64,000 bases of DNA, taken from Carcharhinus amblyrhynchos. Lineage: Eukaryota. Below are positions 25,901 to 37,900 of the stretch, one piece after another; position 1 is the first letter of the stretch, and each line of letters opens with the position of its first letter. The stretch is taken from assembly GCA_965287045.1 (NCBI GenBank), contig OZ336882.1, positions 35,526,001 to 35,590,000 on the forward strand, written 5' to 3'. The notes under the pieces were generated by a model. The model was given only the letters and a program-made list of their open reading frames with translations, was not told the DNA's origin and ran no database searches. The translations under genes and the position numbers were made by a program.

Positions 25901-28900
25901 TCTTTTAGAACTGTAGGGTGTAGGTCACTAGGTTTTGGGGACTTTTCAGATTTTTGCCCTAAATTTCTTCAGTACTTTTCCTTCATGATTACATGAATTT
26001 CTTCATATTTCAGCCATTTGGCAGAGACATTGAGCAAATTGAGCTTTGACAAGGAGTCATCTGGACTCGAAGCGTCAGCTCTTTTCTCTGCTACCAGACC
26101 TCCTGAGATTTTCCAGCATTCTCTCTTTTGGTCTCTGCCATTTTCTTATTACCATGATAATTTCTTCCATTTCTGCTTCCAACCAATATTTACATTAGCT
26201 AATCTCTTCCCTTTTACATACTTACAAAAGTTCTTACAACCTGTTTTCATATTTCTGACCAATGTATTCTCATTCAATTTTTCCCTTTATCAACTTTTTG
26301 GTGACCCTTTATTGGCTTCTAAAACACTGCCAATCCTCAGACTTGTTACTGTTCTCTCAAACATTTTAAGCCTCTTCTAAGTTACTTTTTAAAATCTAAT
26401 ACACTTTTTAAAATCTAATACTATCTTCAACTTCAAGTGAGCCATGGATGGGTCTTTTTTAACAAGGTTGTTTTTCAATAGAACATAGTTTTGTTGAATG
26501 TTTTGAAGTGTTTTAAATGTTTTCCTCTGTTTATTTACTGCTATATATTTTAGAACATTTACCTAACAATTACCATTTGGCTTAACAAATTCATCATTTA
26601 GGTTTATTTGCCATATTAATTTAGTCTTGGTTTATCAAACCTAAAGATTTCCCACCGACATAAGGTACAATAGTACGTAGTTGCTGGGTTTATGCCTCTA
26701 CCCTTTTTGAACAGGGGCATAACCTTTGCATTCTTATAGTCCTTTGCACTGCTCTCATACCCGACAATTTGAAAATTCTGGCCAAAGCCTCCATGATTTC
26801 AACATACACTTCCCTCATCACACAAGTGCATTTCAACTGAGCCAGGTGACTTTTACTTGGAGCAATGTCAACTTTTTAGGTATCTCTGTTTAAATCCTAC
26901 CAAATTTTTCTATTACTTCCACCACTGTGATTACCCATCTGGTTCATTAATGTCCTTTAGGAAAGGAAATCTGCCATCCTTACCTGTTCCAGCTACATGC
27001 ATCTCCAGACTCAACGTGGTTGACTCTTAACTGCCCTCTGAAATAGTGGGGCAAGCCACTCAATTCAGGTTCAATTAGGGGTAGGCAACAAATGCTAGTC
27101 TTGTCAACAATGCCCACATCCCATGAATAAACCAAGCTTCCTTTGAGTACCTTTTTATTATGTTTATGACATTGGCATTCCCATTTATCAAAGTCCCTAA
27201 TCTATTCTCATACACTATGTTTATGACACTGGAGTTTTAAAATGGGTCAGGAAAAGAACAGAATTCAAAATAATGGTTTAAACTTCCTGCCAGTCTGGAG
27301 GGAGATGGCATTGGATAATCTTTTTCAACCAGTTCACAAAGTATAGGAAGCAATTTAATGACCTACTTAGAGCTGGAAAGATAAGTTTCCTTGTCCACCA
27401 GCCAGGATATTGCCACACAACTCTGAAAACAAAACTGAGAATAGGCACTTCTGACCATACTTGCTATGAGAGCTGCTCTATCACCCAATCCTGCAGCGTG
27501 CACCTCTGTGCAACTCCTTAATCGGACAGTAAATTCCATACTTGCACCTCATGCACATCGCCACAACTAACAGCTGATCAATCATAATCAACTACAAGCC
27601 TCAACTGTCATCTGTCTGTTCTTTCCAAATAAAGATACACAATGCAATACATCATACAAGACAACAGAGGGCCTGGCTGGGGGTGGAAAGAGTCATGGTC
27701 TTGATTCCTCCACCTCTGATAAGACTATTCAACAACTGAACAGACATTACATATTACTTGCAGCACACACCAGCCCATTTGGCCCTACAAGTTTATGCTC
27801 TACATAAGTCTCCTTCTATCCTTCTCCATCTAACCACATCAATATACCCTAACACTACATTCAATTGTGAGAGTATCTGGACTCCCCTCAAATACACATA
27901 TACAACTTACCTCCTGAGGAGTTCCACATTCTAACTATTTTCTGGGCAAAAAATTTCCTCTCAAGCTTATTAGTGACTCATATCTATGATCCTTACTACT
28001 GGAAGTGGAAATATCCTCTTTACGTCCACACTGCTGAACTTTCTGTATTAACCCTTAATTTGATATCACCTGCAAATATTGAAATTGTTTTCTCAGTTCC
28101 AAAACATTTAAGAAAATAGTGAACAATAATGGTCCAAGGACTAATCCTTGTTGAACACCACTTTTTGCCAATGAGTAATTGCTACTGACCTCCACTGTTG
28201 TTCTGTAGCCAGTTTGTTATCCAGTTATTCTCTGATTCCACATGCTTTGATCTAGAATCAACTAAGTTCCATACCTTAAAGGGCTTTTGGAAATCCAGAC
28301 ACTTGTTTGAACAATAACCTTATCTACCCTTTCTATTACTTCTTCATACAAGTTCAGATTGGTCAAGCATGACCTTCATGTTTGAACATGCTAACCACTC
28401 TGAAAAACATCCAGAAACTAGAAATATTAATCCAATTACATCTTTGAGTAATAATTCCATTTTCCTACCGCTGATGTTCAACTGTCTAGTTCCTTTGACT
28501 TATCATCCTGCTTGTATATAGAAATCACATTAGTTCATTGCTGGTATGCAGGTACTATTTGCCTTATAATGAATTTTTAAGTGTAATATTGCCTCTGGTA
28601 TAGCTTTCCAAGCATCTAATATTGCAGATGGAATTCATTTAGTGGCTTTATCCTTGAGGTTTGATTAGTTTATGAATTTTCAGCTTTCTACCTTCAAAAT
28701 TTCTTTAATCATTTGTTACAAAAGCTAAGTTAATGTTTAGCATTGCCACTTAAGAAATGAAGGAGTTTACGTGGCCTGCTTTGAGTTTTGCCTGACAAGT
28801 CCCTGCAGCTTGGTTGCTATAGGCCCAAATCAAGAGCCTTACTGAAAAATATGCTAATATCCCCATGGGAAGAACTTTTGTGCTGACTTTATTTATTTAA

Positions 28901-31900
28901 ATAATTCAAAGACAGAATGGAGTTGGGGAGGGAGGCAGTCAAGAAAACAGTTAATTAGTATTTCTATCTGGTCAGAAGTTCCACATGATACATGTTGCCT
29001 AGCAGGTAGACTGTGAAAAGGGAAAAAGTTCAGAGCAAGCCACTGTAGTATCAAGTTGTAGAATTCCTTAAAATATCACAATCTTTAGAGACTTGCAGAC
29101 TTAAATGGATAAATCCCCATGTCCAAACGAGGGAGGCACGATGGTACAGTGGTTAGCACTGCTGCCTCAGTGCCAGTGACCGGGATTCAATTCTGGGCTT
29201 GGGTGACTGCCTGTGTGGAATTTGCATATGCATTTCCTCTGGATGCATGAACGTCAGTAAAGCTTCGAACAAGGTCCCACATGATCAAGCGGATAAGAGC
29301 CCACGTGATCCAGGACACTTTGCCAAACTGGATCCAAAATTGGCTTAGTGGCAAGAGGCAGAGGGTAACAGTTCAAGGTTGTTTTTGTGCCTGGTGTCCA
29401 GGTGGTGTACCACAGGGATCAGTGCTGAAATCATTTATTATCTGCAGTGTACATTAATGATCAAGGCATGAATGTTGGGGTATGTGGGGAGGGGTCAAGG
29501 AGGAAAGCCTTGGACAGGATGATATAAGCAGAACACGATCAAATAGGCAGAATGGCGGTAAATGGAATTTAACTCTGAAAAGAGTGAGCTGATGCATAAC
29601 AAAACAAGGGAATTCACAATAAACAGTAGGATGTTGGGAAGCACAGAAGACCAGAGGGACCTTGGGATGCACATCCAAAAATCCCTGAAGGCAACAGGAT
29701 ACAGTGATTAAAAAGGCATATGATATACTTGTCTATATTCTATGCCTTGGCTAATAAAAAGAGCAGAGAGGTTATGATGGAGCTGTATAAAATGCTCGTT
29801 AGACCACAAGTGTGCAGTCCTGATGGCAACACCATAGGAAGGATGTGATTGCACGAAAAAGGGTGCAGAGGAGACTCAACAGGATGTTGCCGGGGCTGGA
29901 GCATTTCAGCTATGAAGAGGAACTGGCGAGGTTGGAGTTGTTTTTCTTAAGAACAGAGAAGGCTGAGGGGACCTCAAAGGTGTACCAAATTAAGGATATG
30001 GATAGGCGAGATAGGAAGAAACTTTTCTCCTTAGCAAAGGGGTCAATAGCAAGGAGGACCGACTTGAGTTAAGGTGATTTATTGGAGAATTGAAGAAAAA
30101 TGTTTTCACCAAAAGGATGGTGAGAGACTTTACCTGAAAGGGTGGTAGAGGTATGAACCCTCAACATTTCAGAAGCATTTAGATAAGTACTTGAAATGCC
30201 ACAGCATAAGGCTTTGGACAAGATGCTACAAAATGGGATCGAATAAATAGGTGCTTGATGACCAGTGCAGATATGAGGGGCCTCTTTTTGTGCTATAAAA
30301 CTCTGACTCTAAGTCAGTCTGCATCAATGGAGACACGTCACGATGTGGATGTGCTGGCATTGGACTGGGGTAAACACAGTAAGAAGTCTGACAACACCAG
30401 GTTTTAGACCAACCTATTTATTTGATAGAAAGCTTGAGAGTTTACTATCAAATAAATCGGTTGGACTAAAACCTGGTGTTGTCAGACTTTTTACTGAATG
30501 GAGAGACAGGAGGAAAACAGAAAAATTAGCAGCCAATCCTGATAGAGGTATATAAGATACTGAAGGGAATAGACAGGGTCAATAGTGAGAGACTGCTCCC
30601 TAGATTGGTTACGAATACAAGAGGACATGATTTAAGGGTGAGGGGGGAGAGGTATAATTTGGATATGAGAGGAAGGTTCTTTACGCAGAGAGTAGTGGGG
30701 GTATGGAACGCGCTACCGAGTGGGGTGGTGGAGGCGGGAACATTGGACTCGTTTAAGGTTCAGTTAGATAGGCACATGAGTGAAACGAGGATGGAGGGTT
30801 ATGGTAAGGGTTATTGAATAAGGGTTAGAACCTCGGGAGACACCGGAAAGGCAGGCTTGTGATTAACGTTTTTGTCTTTTCACTCTGCAGGTGAAGGTCC
30901 ACCTCGTTGTCAAACGAGGGGCATGCACACGGTGGGTCGTGCGTGGGCTGCTCCTGGAGGTTCCGGGAGTGGCCTAGTACTTCGTGTCGGTGTGTGTGCT
31001 TGATCCTGGACCGGTAGACGGGCGCCGCAACAGCTCGGTGACTAGCACTGCTAGCTGTGCAGATACATGGATTTGGGCCTGTGTCTGTGGGAGTTTGTGC
31101 ATTCTCCCTGTGGTTGCGTGGGTTTCCTCCAGGCGCTCTGGTTTCCTCCCACATCCCAAAGATGTGCTCTTAGGCTGATTGGTTTTACCAAATTGACACT
31201 ATTCTCCCCCGAATCTGGCTAAGTCAGGGGTTCTATTCGTAGATACGCAGGGTAGAATAGGTGTAGGGTGATGCGGCGGTGCGGGCTTGTTGGGCCGAAG
31301 GGCCTGTTTCCTGTGCTGGGTTGTTCTTTGTTCTTTGTTTATCCTGCACCTGAAGCAAAGAAAATATTGACCCTACAGTTCATGACACAGAGCACAGATG
31401 GGAGCTCACACACAAAGTGGGGAGACTGTGATGCGAGGATTTAAAACAGGCTAGAAGTTTTACTGCCTTAGTAAAACAATCTCTAGTGTATCCCTCAGTG
31501 GAAGTCAGTTCTGGGATTAGACGTCTCCCAGCTGGGAAAGAAAAATGGAAATGGGCATCAGGATTCAATAGCAGCTTTGGATTAGTTCTGGGGAATAGTC
31601 CCATTTAAGGGACTGTGTAAAGTATAAACGTGACAGGGATTTCTGGCCATTTTAAAACTTAAATGGGGAAGCCTCTTAAGATTACAAATTATTTTAAAAA
31701 ACGCGCTCAGTTACTGCTGCTTTTAGCTTGATTTTTACAGTAAATCTTCAAACTTGTAATTGTGTCATGAGACCTTAAGATGGTCATCCAAATTCAAATA
31801 TCTTTTTGAAAGTGTGACATTAGTGTACCTTTAAGTTTTTTTTTATAAAATCATGATCTCTGGAGCTTTCAGCTTCAATGTTTGTCATTTCTGTCTAGCT

Positions 31901-34900
31901 ATCTACCAGATGTCCTTTTATTGCTCCTTAAGCTACTGAAACGGGGGTTTATTTTTATTGAGAACTTTTGTGGTTCTTCTTTGTCAGAAGAACTGGTCGG
32001 CATATCAGGTGACAGGAGCTCTTTCATTTGCAGTTCTGAGCTGCAGGATTGAGGTTTTAGAAGGGACATTAAACTGCAAGTGTTTCTCTCTCCCCGATTT
32101 TGGAAATTCTGGTCATCTGAAAGGTCTAGCCTTTCTGAAGGGGAGAATCTGCTGTTGGTGGCTTGCTAAGAGTCCCCGGTGTTCTGGGAAGCTGTTCTGA
32201 CTTCAAACTGTTCTAAGTCTATCCAGAGAACTGCAGACTTAACCCAAAGGACTCAATTCCAGTATCACGCGAGCATTAGTCTATGCTTATCAAACCGGTT
32301 TGAAGGGTCTTGTCTAAGGGATTTGTTTGATTGGGACAGTATCTATATTTGTTAAGGATTATACAGTATTATGGTTGTTTTGGTATTGTTTGTAATTGAT
32401 AGAAATTATTGGTAATATTCTTAAATAAATTTTGTTAGATAAAAGCTCCCTAATGGGTCATACCTGAAGTGAAACCTATTGTTTACCCTAACCAATTCAA
32501 GATGCAAAACCAGACAGGCTCCATCGAACACTTGAGTTTCTGATCTAAACAGCAACAAAAGTTATTGGAAGGTCATTGATAAAGTAATTGAAGATGCCTG
32601 GGCCTAGGATACCACCCTGAGGAACTCTTGCTGTGATATTCTAGAACTGAGATGATTGACCACCAACAATCACAACCATCTTCTTTTGTGCTAGGTGGAG
32701 TCCCCCATGTCATTTTCACCCCCCACGCACTGCCCCTTTCCACTTCAGTTTTGATGCCACCTTCAGTCAAATGCTGCCTTGATATCAAGGGGAATCACTC
32801 TCACCTTACCTACGAAGTTCAGCTCTTTTGTCCACATTTGAACCAATGCTGGAATGAGGTCATAAGCTGAATGACCTTGGAGGAACCCAACTCAGCATCC
32901 ATAAGCAAGTTATGCTACTTGATAGCAACGCTTCCAACTCTGTGCACCACTCTCTCAGGAAGTGCATTTCAGATTTAACTCAATACACAAAAATGTTTTC
33001 CCACAGCACTCTACATTTTCTGCCAGTTGAGGTATGTCCTCTAGTTACTCAGTGTCCTGCAGATGTAAACAGTTTCTTCTTACATATCACAGCTGCTTAT
33101 ACCTATTAACCTATTTTACTACAAAGGAGATTTCCCCAGTTTCTGCACATAATTCAGGTCCCTCATTCTTTGTAATATTCTAATGTCAGTTATTCTTTGG
33201 CATCACAGTCCCTTTTATGAACAATGCTTAATTTATATATATTTGTGTGTTAAGGAAGTTTTTTTTCCGTTTTAAGTTCTGTTCATGAACTGTAATAAGT
33301 GACTGAAAAGTCAGGTCATTTGGGTTTTATGTAATATATATTAAATATATTACATATATCTATAAATATATTTAAAAACACACTTTTGAGATTTTACAAC
33401 CTCTGAAGTTATAGGGTTGATAATTCAGTGAGGGAGAAAAAGAGAAAACTTTACTGTTGCTTAGTGACAGCGATTCAGGGGCACAGACATAAAAATACAC
33501 AGGACTTAAGAGAAGGAGCGCAGTATTGTGTCAGAAAGAGAAGACAGGGATCTGAAACTCTGAAGGAAACCGGAACAGTTATGGGATTCAGTAAATGTAA
33601 TCAGTTTAGCAGGGGTGCTACCAGAAGACTGAGTTTAGGAAATTAAAACAAGCTGAAAAATAAATTCAAATTCTAATGTGCATGACTAGCGCTGATTGTA
33701 ACTTAATTAGGAACCACATTAGGGAGACTTTATGCCAATATACCTGATGAATTTCAGCTTTTAAATTCTATCATTTAAAAAATAAAAGGAATGCAGGCTG
33801 TAGCTGATATTAAAAATTTTAAAAGCATATAAGATGATGTAAAAGTTTTAGTCTTGTTCAATGTGTGACAATTGCAATTTGTGATTTCTCAAATCATGCG
33901 CAACTTTGTTTCATGTGGACATGAGTTTTGTAAATAGAACTTACATAGCATGTTAAAATGAAATATATAAAATCAGAAAAAACAAAATTTGCTCAGACTT
34001 ACACCCCACAAGATAACATGAACAAAATTTCCTTGCTTCAAGTTTGCATTTTTATTAGCACCTGCTTAAAAAGCAGATAAGCTAGCTGTCCTATCAGTCT
34101 GACTAAAGTTAGTGGTTTAAATTTTAATGAGGTGCAGCAGGTTGCAAGTAATTGGTAAACTCACCTGAGACTGGTCGTGTGAAGGTGGCGTGAGCTGAGC
34201 CACATCTGATCCCGGTACAGGCAAGATGTTGTTTGGGTAGTCTAATAAGTACGAAACCACATTTGTATGCCCCCCTTTAGCAGCTTCAATGAGCATAGTG
34301 GAACCATCCTAAGAAACACAAAATTAAGCCAGCTCTTGTTTTTCATAAAATAAATTTTCTAAAAGGATATTTGCTATGTCAAATTGCTGTACAGTTTAGT
34401 TCTTTAAAAATAGATCTTGTGAAGGAGAATTTAAATACCTTTAATCGATGTGTAGGATCTGCGCCATGTGCCAAAAGGAGTTCAACAACAGCAAGGTGCC
34501 CTCCAGCACATGCTAAAGAGACCACTGTATGATCATTGTTAGCTGTAGCCCTGTTTACATTTGCCCCTGCAAAGACAAAGTTAGAACCTGGTTCATGTGG
34601 AACATTTGTGGCTGAATACACAATCTGCACATATTTTGCATCAATTCCAGTAATACCTTAAACATAATTTAGTATGCACGCAATAACTTCTAATGCCACA
34701 GCTATTCTCTAAAGCAACTTTCAATTAAAAATACATATATTTTTCTGGAATAGGCAAGATGGAGAAAGGTAAAACTACATCTATATACTCCTCCTCAGCA
34801 GTTTTTGAGGTGAATAACACTTGATAAACGTATTATTATTACTTCAAAAGGTAGGCTGCAATCCATTGTTAAGGTGGTAGTAGTAGGACACAGTGTAATG

Positions 34901-37900
34901 CTGCCTCAGAGCTCCAGGGACCCAAGTTCAATTCCCAGCTTGGGTCACTGTCTGTGGGGAACCCGCAACTTCTCCCCCACGTCTGCACGGGTTTCCTTCC
35001 AGTGCTCCGGTTTCCTCAGTCCCAAAGACATGCTGGTTAGGTGCATCGGCCATGCTAAATTCTGTGAGTTGCGACTAGGAAATTTTACATTACTGTGAAA
35101 ATGCAATGAAGTTATTTCATTGCAGTGTTAATGTAAGTTTATTTGTAACACTAATAAATAAACTTTAAAACTTAAAATTATAATACAATTAGGAAAATTC
35201 ACTATGGCTTTGTTAAAGGGAAATAGTACTTGAAAAATTTGTTTACAGGATTTTTGAGGATGCAAAAAGTAGGATGGATAAAAGGAAACTCAGTAAAAAT
35301 AGAATATTTGGATTTCCAAAATGCATTTGATCAAGTGTTACTTAAAAGGATACCACACTAGATAGGATACATGCTGTTGGGGGTGATACTTAAGTGTAGA
35401 TGGCAGATCATTTCAGAAATGCTTCACTTTCAACTTGGCATACTGTATCTCGAAGAGTGTCACACAGATCAGTGCTGGAGCCTCAACTATTTATGATCCA
35501 TGTTAATGAACTTGATGAAGGAACTGACTGTTGTAGCTGAATTTCCTGACAATCCAAAGATAGGTAGGAGAGCAAGTTGTGAGGAGGAGATTGCAAAGAG
35601 CTATGGATAGGTTAAGTAAATGGGCAAAGATTTAACAGATGGAGTAAAATGTAGGAACAGATTAACCACTTTGAAGGAAGAATAGATAAGCAGCAAATTA
35701 TTTAAATGGAGACAAATTATACAATGCTGCACTATAAAAGGGATCCGGATGGCCTTCTACATGAATCACAGAAAGTTACCATACAGGTAGTACAATTAGG
35801 AAGGTAAACGGAATGTTGGCCTTTATAGCTAGGGAATGGAGAATAAAACAGGGGGAAGTCCTCCTACAACTGTACAAGATATTAGTGAGACCAGAGTATA
35901 GCTTTGGTGGTCTTACTTAAGGGATATACTTGCATGAGAAACAGTTTAAAGAATGTTCATTAAGCTGATTCCTGATACAAAATGGTTGTCGAGGGAAAAT
36001 TGAGCAGGATGGACCTACACTCAATTAAGAACAAGAGATTATCTTATTGAAACATTCAAAGTATCTTCCATTTAAGATATGGTGAAAGTTTTTCTTTCAC
36101 AATTGTTATTTCTTCCCATAGTGCAGCAGAGGATGGGGAATTGAACATATTCAAGGCTGTTTTAGACTGATTTTTGATTAGCAGAGTCAAGGGTTATGGG
36201 GCAAGCAGGAAAGTGTGGTTAAGGCCACATAGCAGATCAGCCATGATCTTATTAAATAGCAGGTCAGTTCCAGTAGGCTGAATGGCCTATTCCTATTGAG
36301 GATTTTGTGATCTTTACAACAACAGCTGCTTCAAGGATGTCAACGAAATGGATTATTCTTGTCAAATCCAGTGATCAGGAACATATAATATTCCATGATC
36401 ACACTGTTTCAGCTGCAATTCTCTCAGCATTTCCTGAATTTTTCATTGATAAAAATCAGCTTTTTTTAAAAAATGCATTGCAAAAATCTACTCAATATTT
36501 TTGACATTCAAGGGACAGGAAAATGGGCAAGAAATCAAAAGGATCTGAGACAGCATTGAATAAGGTTACAAAAGAGTTGGACTACAGGTTTTCCTACATA
36601 TAGGATAATTTGCTTGTGATTTCACCAGCTGTAACACTTCAAAATCCCATACCTCTTGGAAAGCAAAGTCAACTAAGAATTATAACAATTTCTGGGACAA
36701 TAATACTACATCTTATCCGTCACAGATATATAAAACCTCTAGGCACAGTCATTTCTGGTTACTTTTCACTGGGAATGGGAGGCATTTGCTTTGCAATCTT
36801 CATCAGGCAGCTGTATATTTTAAATAACCTGCATTGTTTTGGGGATGAGCAGAATATGTCCATTGATAATATGTCTTCAAGAATTCAAAGTTGTTCAGAT
36901 AGAAGTCACCCACGTTTCATAATCAAATTGACTCCAAAAAAAACACATATTTCCACTGAGCGTCTCTCCTGCAGCACTTTGCCGCCTCCAGCTCCAAAGC
37001 ACCCTTTACAAGTGTATACTGGATTTAAAATTCATCCAAAAACTTTAATTCTCCTGACCCAGATTACCAGTATTTTGTTAGAATGCTGTGCTCCAACAAC
37101 AATACATGCCCAAATAGATCAGCTTGTTGCTCACAACATGGGTTTTAAGTCGTGCCAATAGGGTTATTGCACACATAGCCTATTTCTAACATCCCAGTAA
37201 TTTTATTGCGAAAACATGTTTGTCCTGGTGCCTCAGTTGTGATGGAAAACAAAAATGGTAACCCAGAAAAAAATGGTATGTCCTGTCTTGTACTTTTCAT
37301 CACCAGTAGGGGAGTAATCTCACTCAGCCTATTTATTTCTTTTATGGTACAAGGAGAGGTCCATAAATTATCTGCAATGTCAACAGCATCTTTATTGGAA
37401 CAATAAATCTTCAAATCACATTCACATACCATACCCATCTCATTTGTTTCACCTTTCTCATATCCTCCTCATCCATTCTCCAAGGGTATACCACCCTTCT
37501 TTCTATTACTTTCCATGTCTTTCTTTTCTGTTCACCCATGTTCCATGCTGCCCACCCTGGTCCCCATTCCTCCTGTCAAATTAACTTTGTTATGCTCCCT
37601 TTGTTTTTCTTCCTCCACTTTATATCCTCCCATCACCAACTACCCTCCCATACTACCTCTGACACCAACCCCTATGCCACAGGATACTCTGTTCAGCTCC
37701 CCTTACTGTCTGCAGTTTTCTTCCTTCAGCAACCACTGTCTTGCCACCAACAAGTGGTGTCCCTTCAATGTCATTCCAGCTTTTTAACCACCACCTCCAA
37801 CTTCCAGCCAGACTAACTCCATCGTTGGACTCTCATCTTCAGTGGTTAGGACTGTTACCTTGAAGCATCAACAACCAAGGTTCAATTCCAGCTTTGGATG

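Noticed and set aside
26383-26421. Short tandem duplications (also ~4746-4770 and ~38889-38915)
   Set aside because: Ordinary slippage products with no higher-order periodicity.
30951-30961. cctggaggt match to the reverse complement of the U2 snRNA 3' end
   Set aside because: Only 9 nt, with no flanking similarity.
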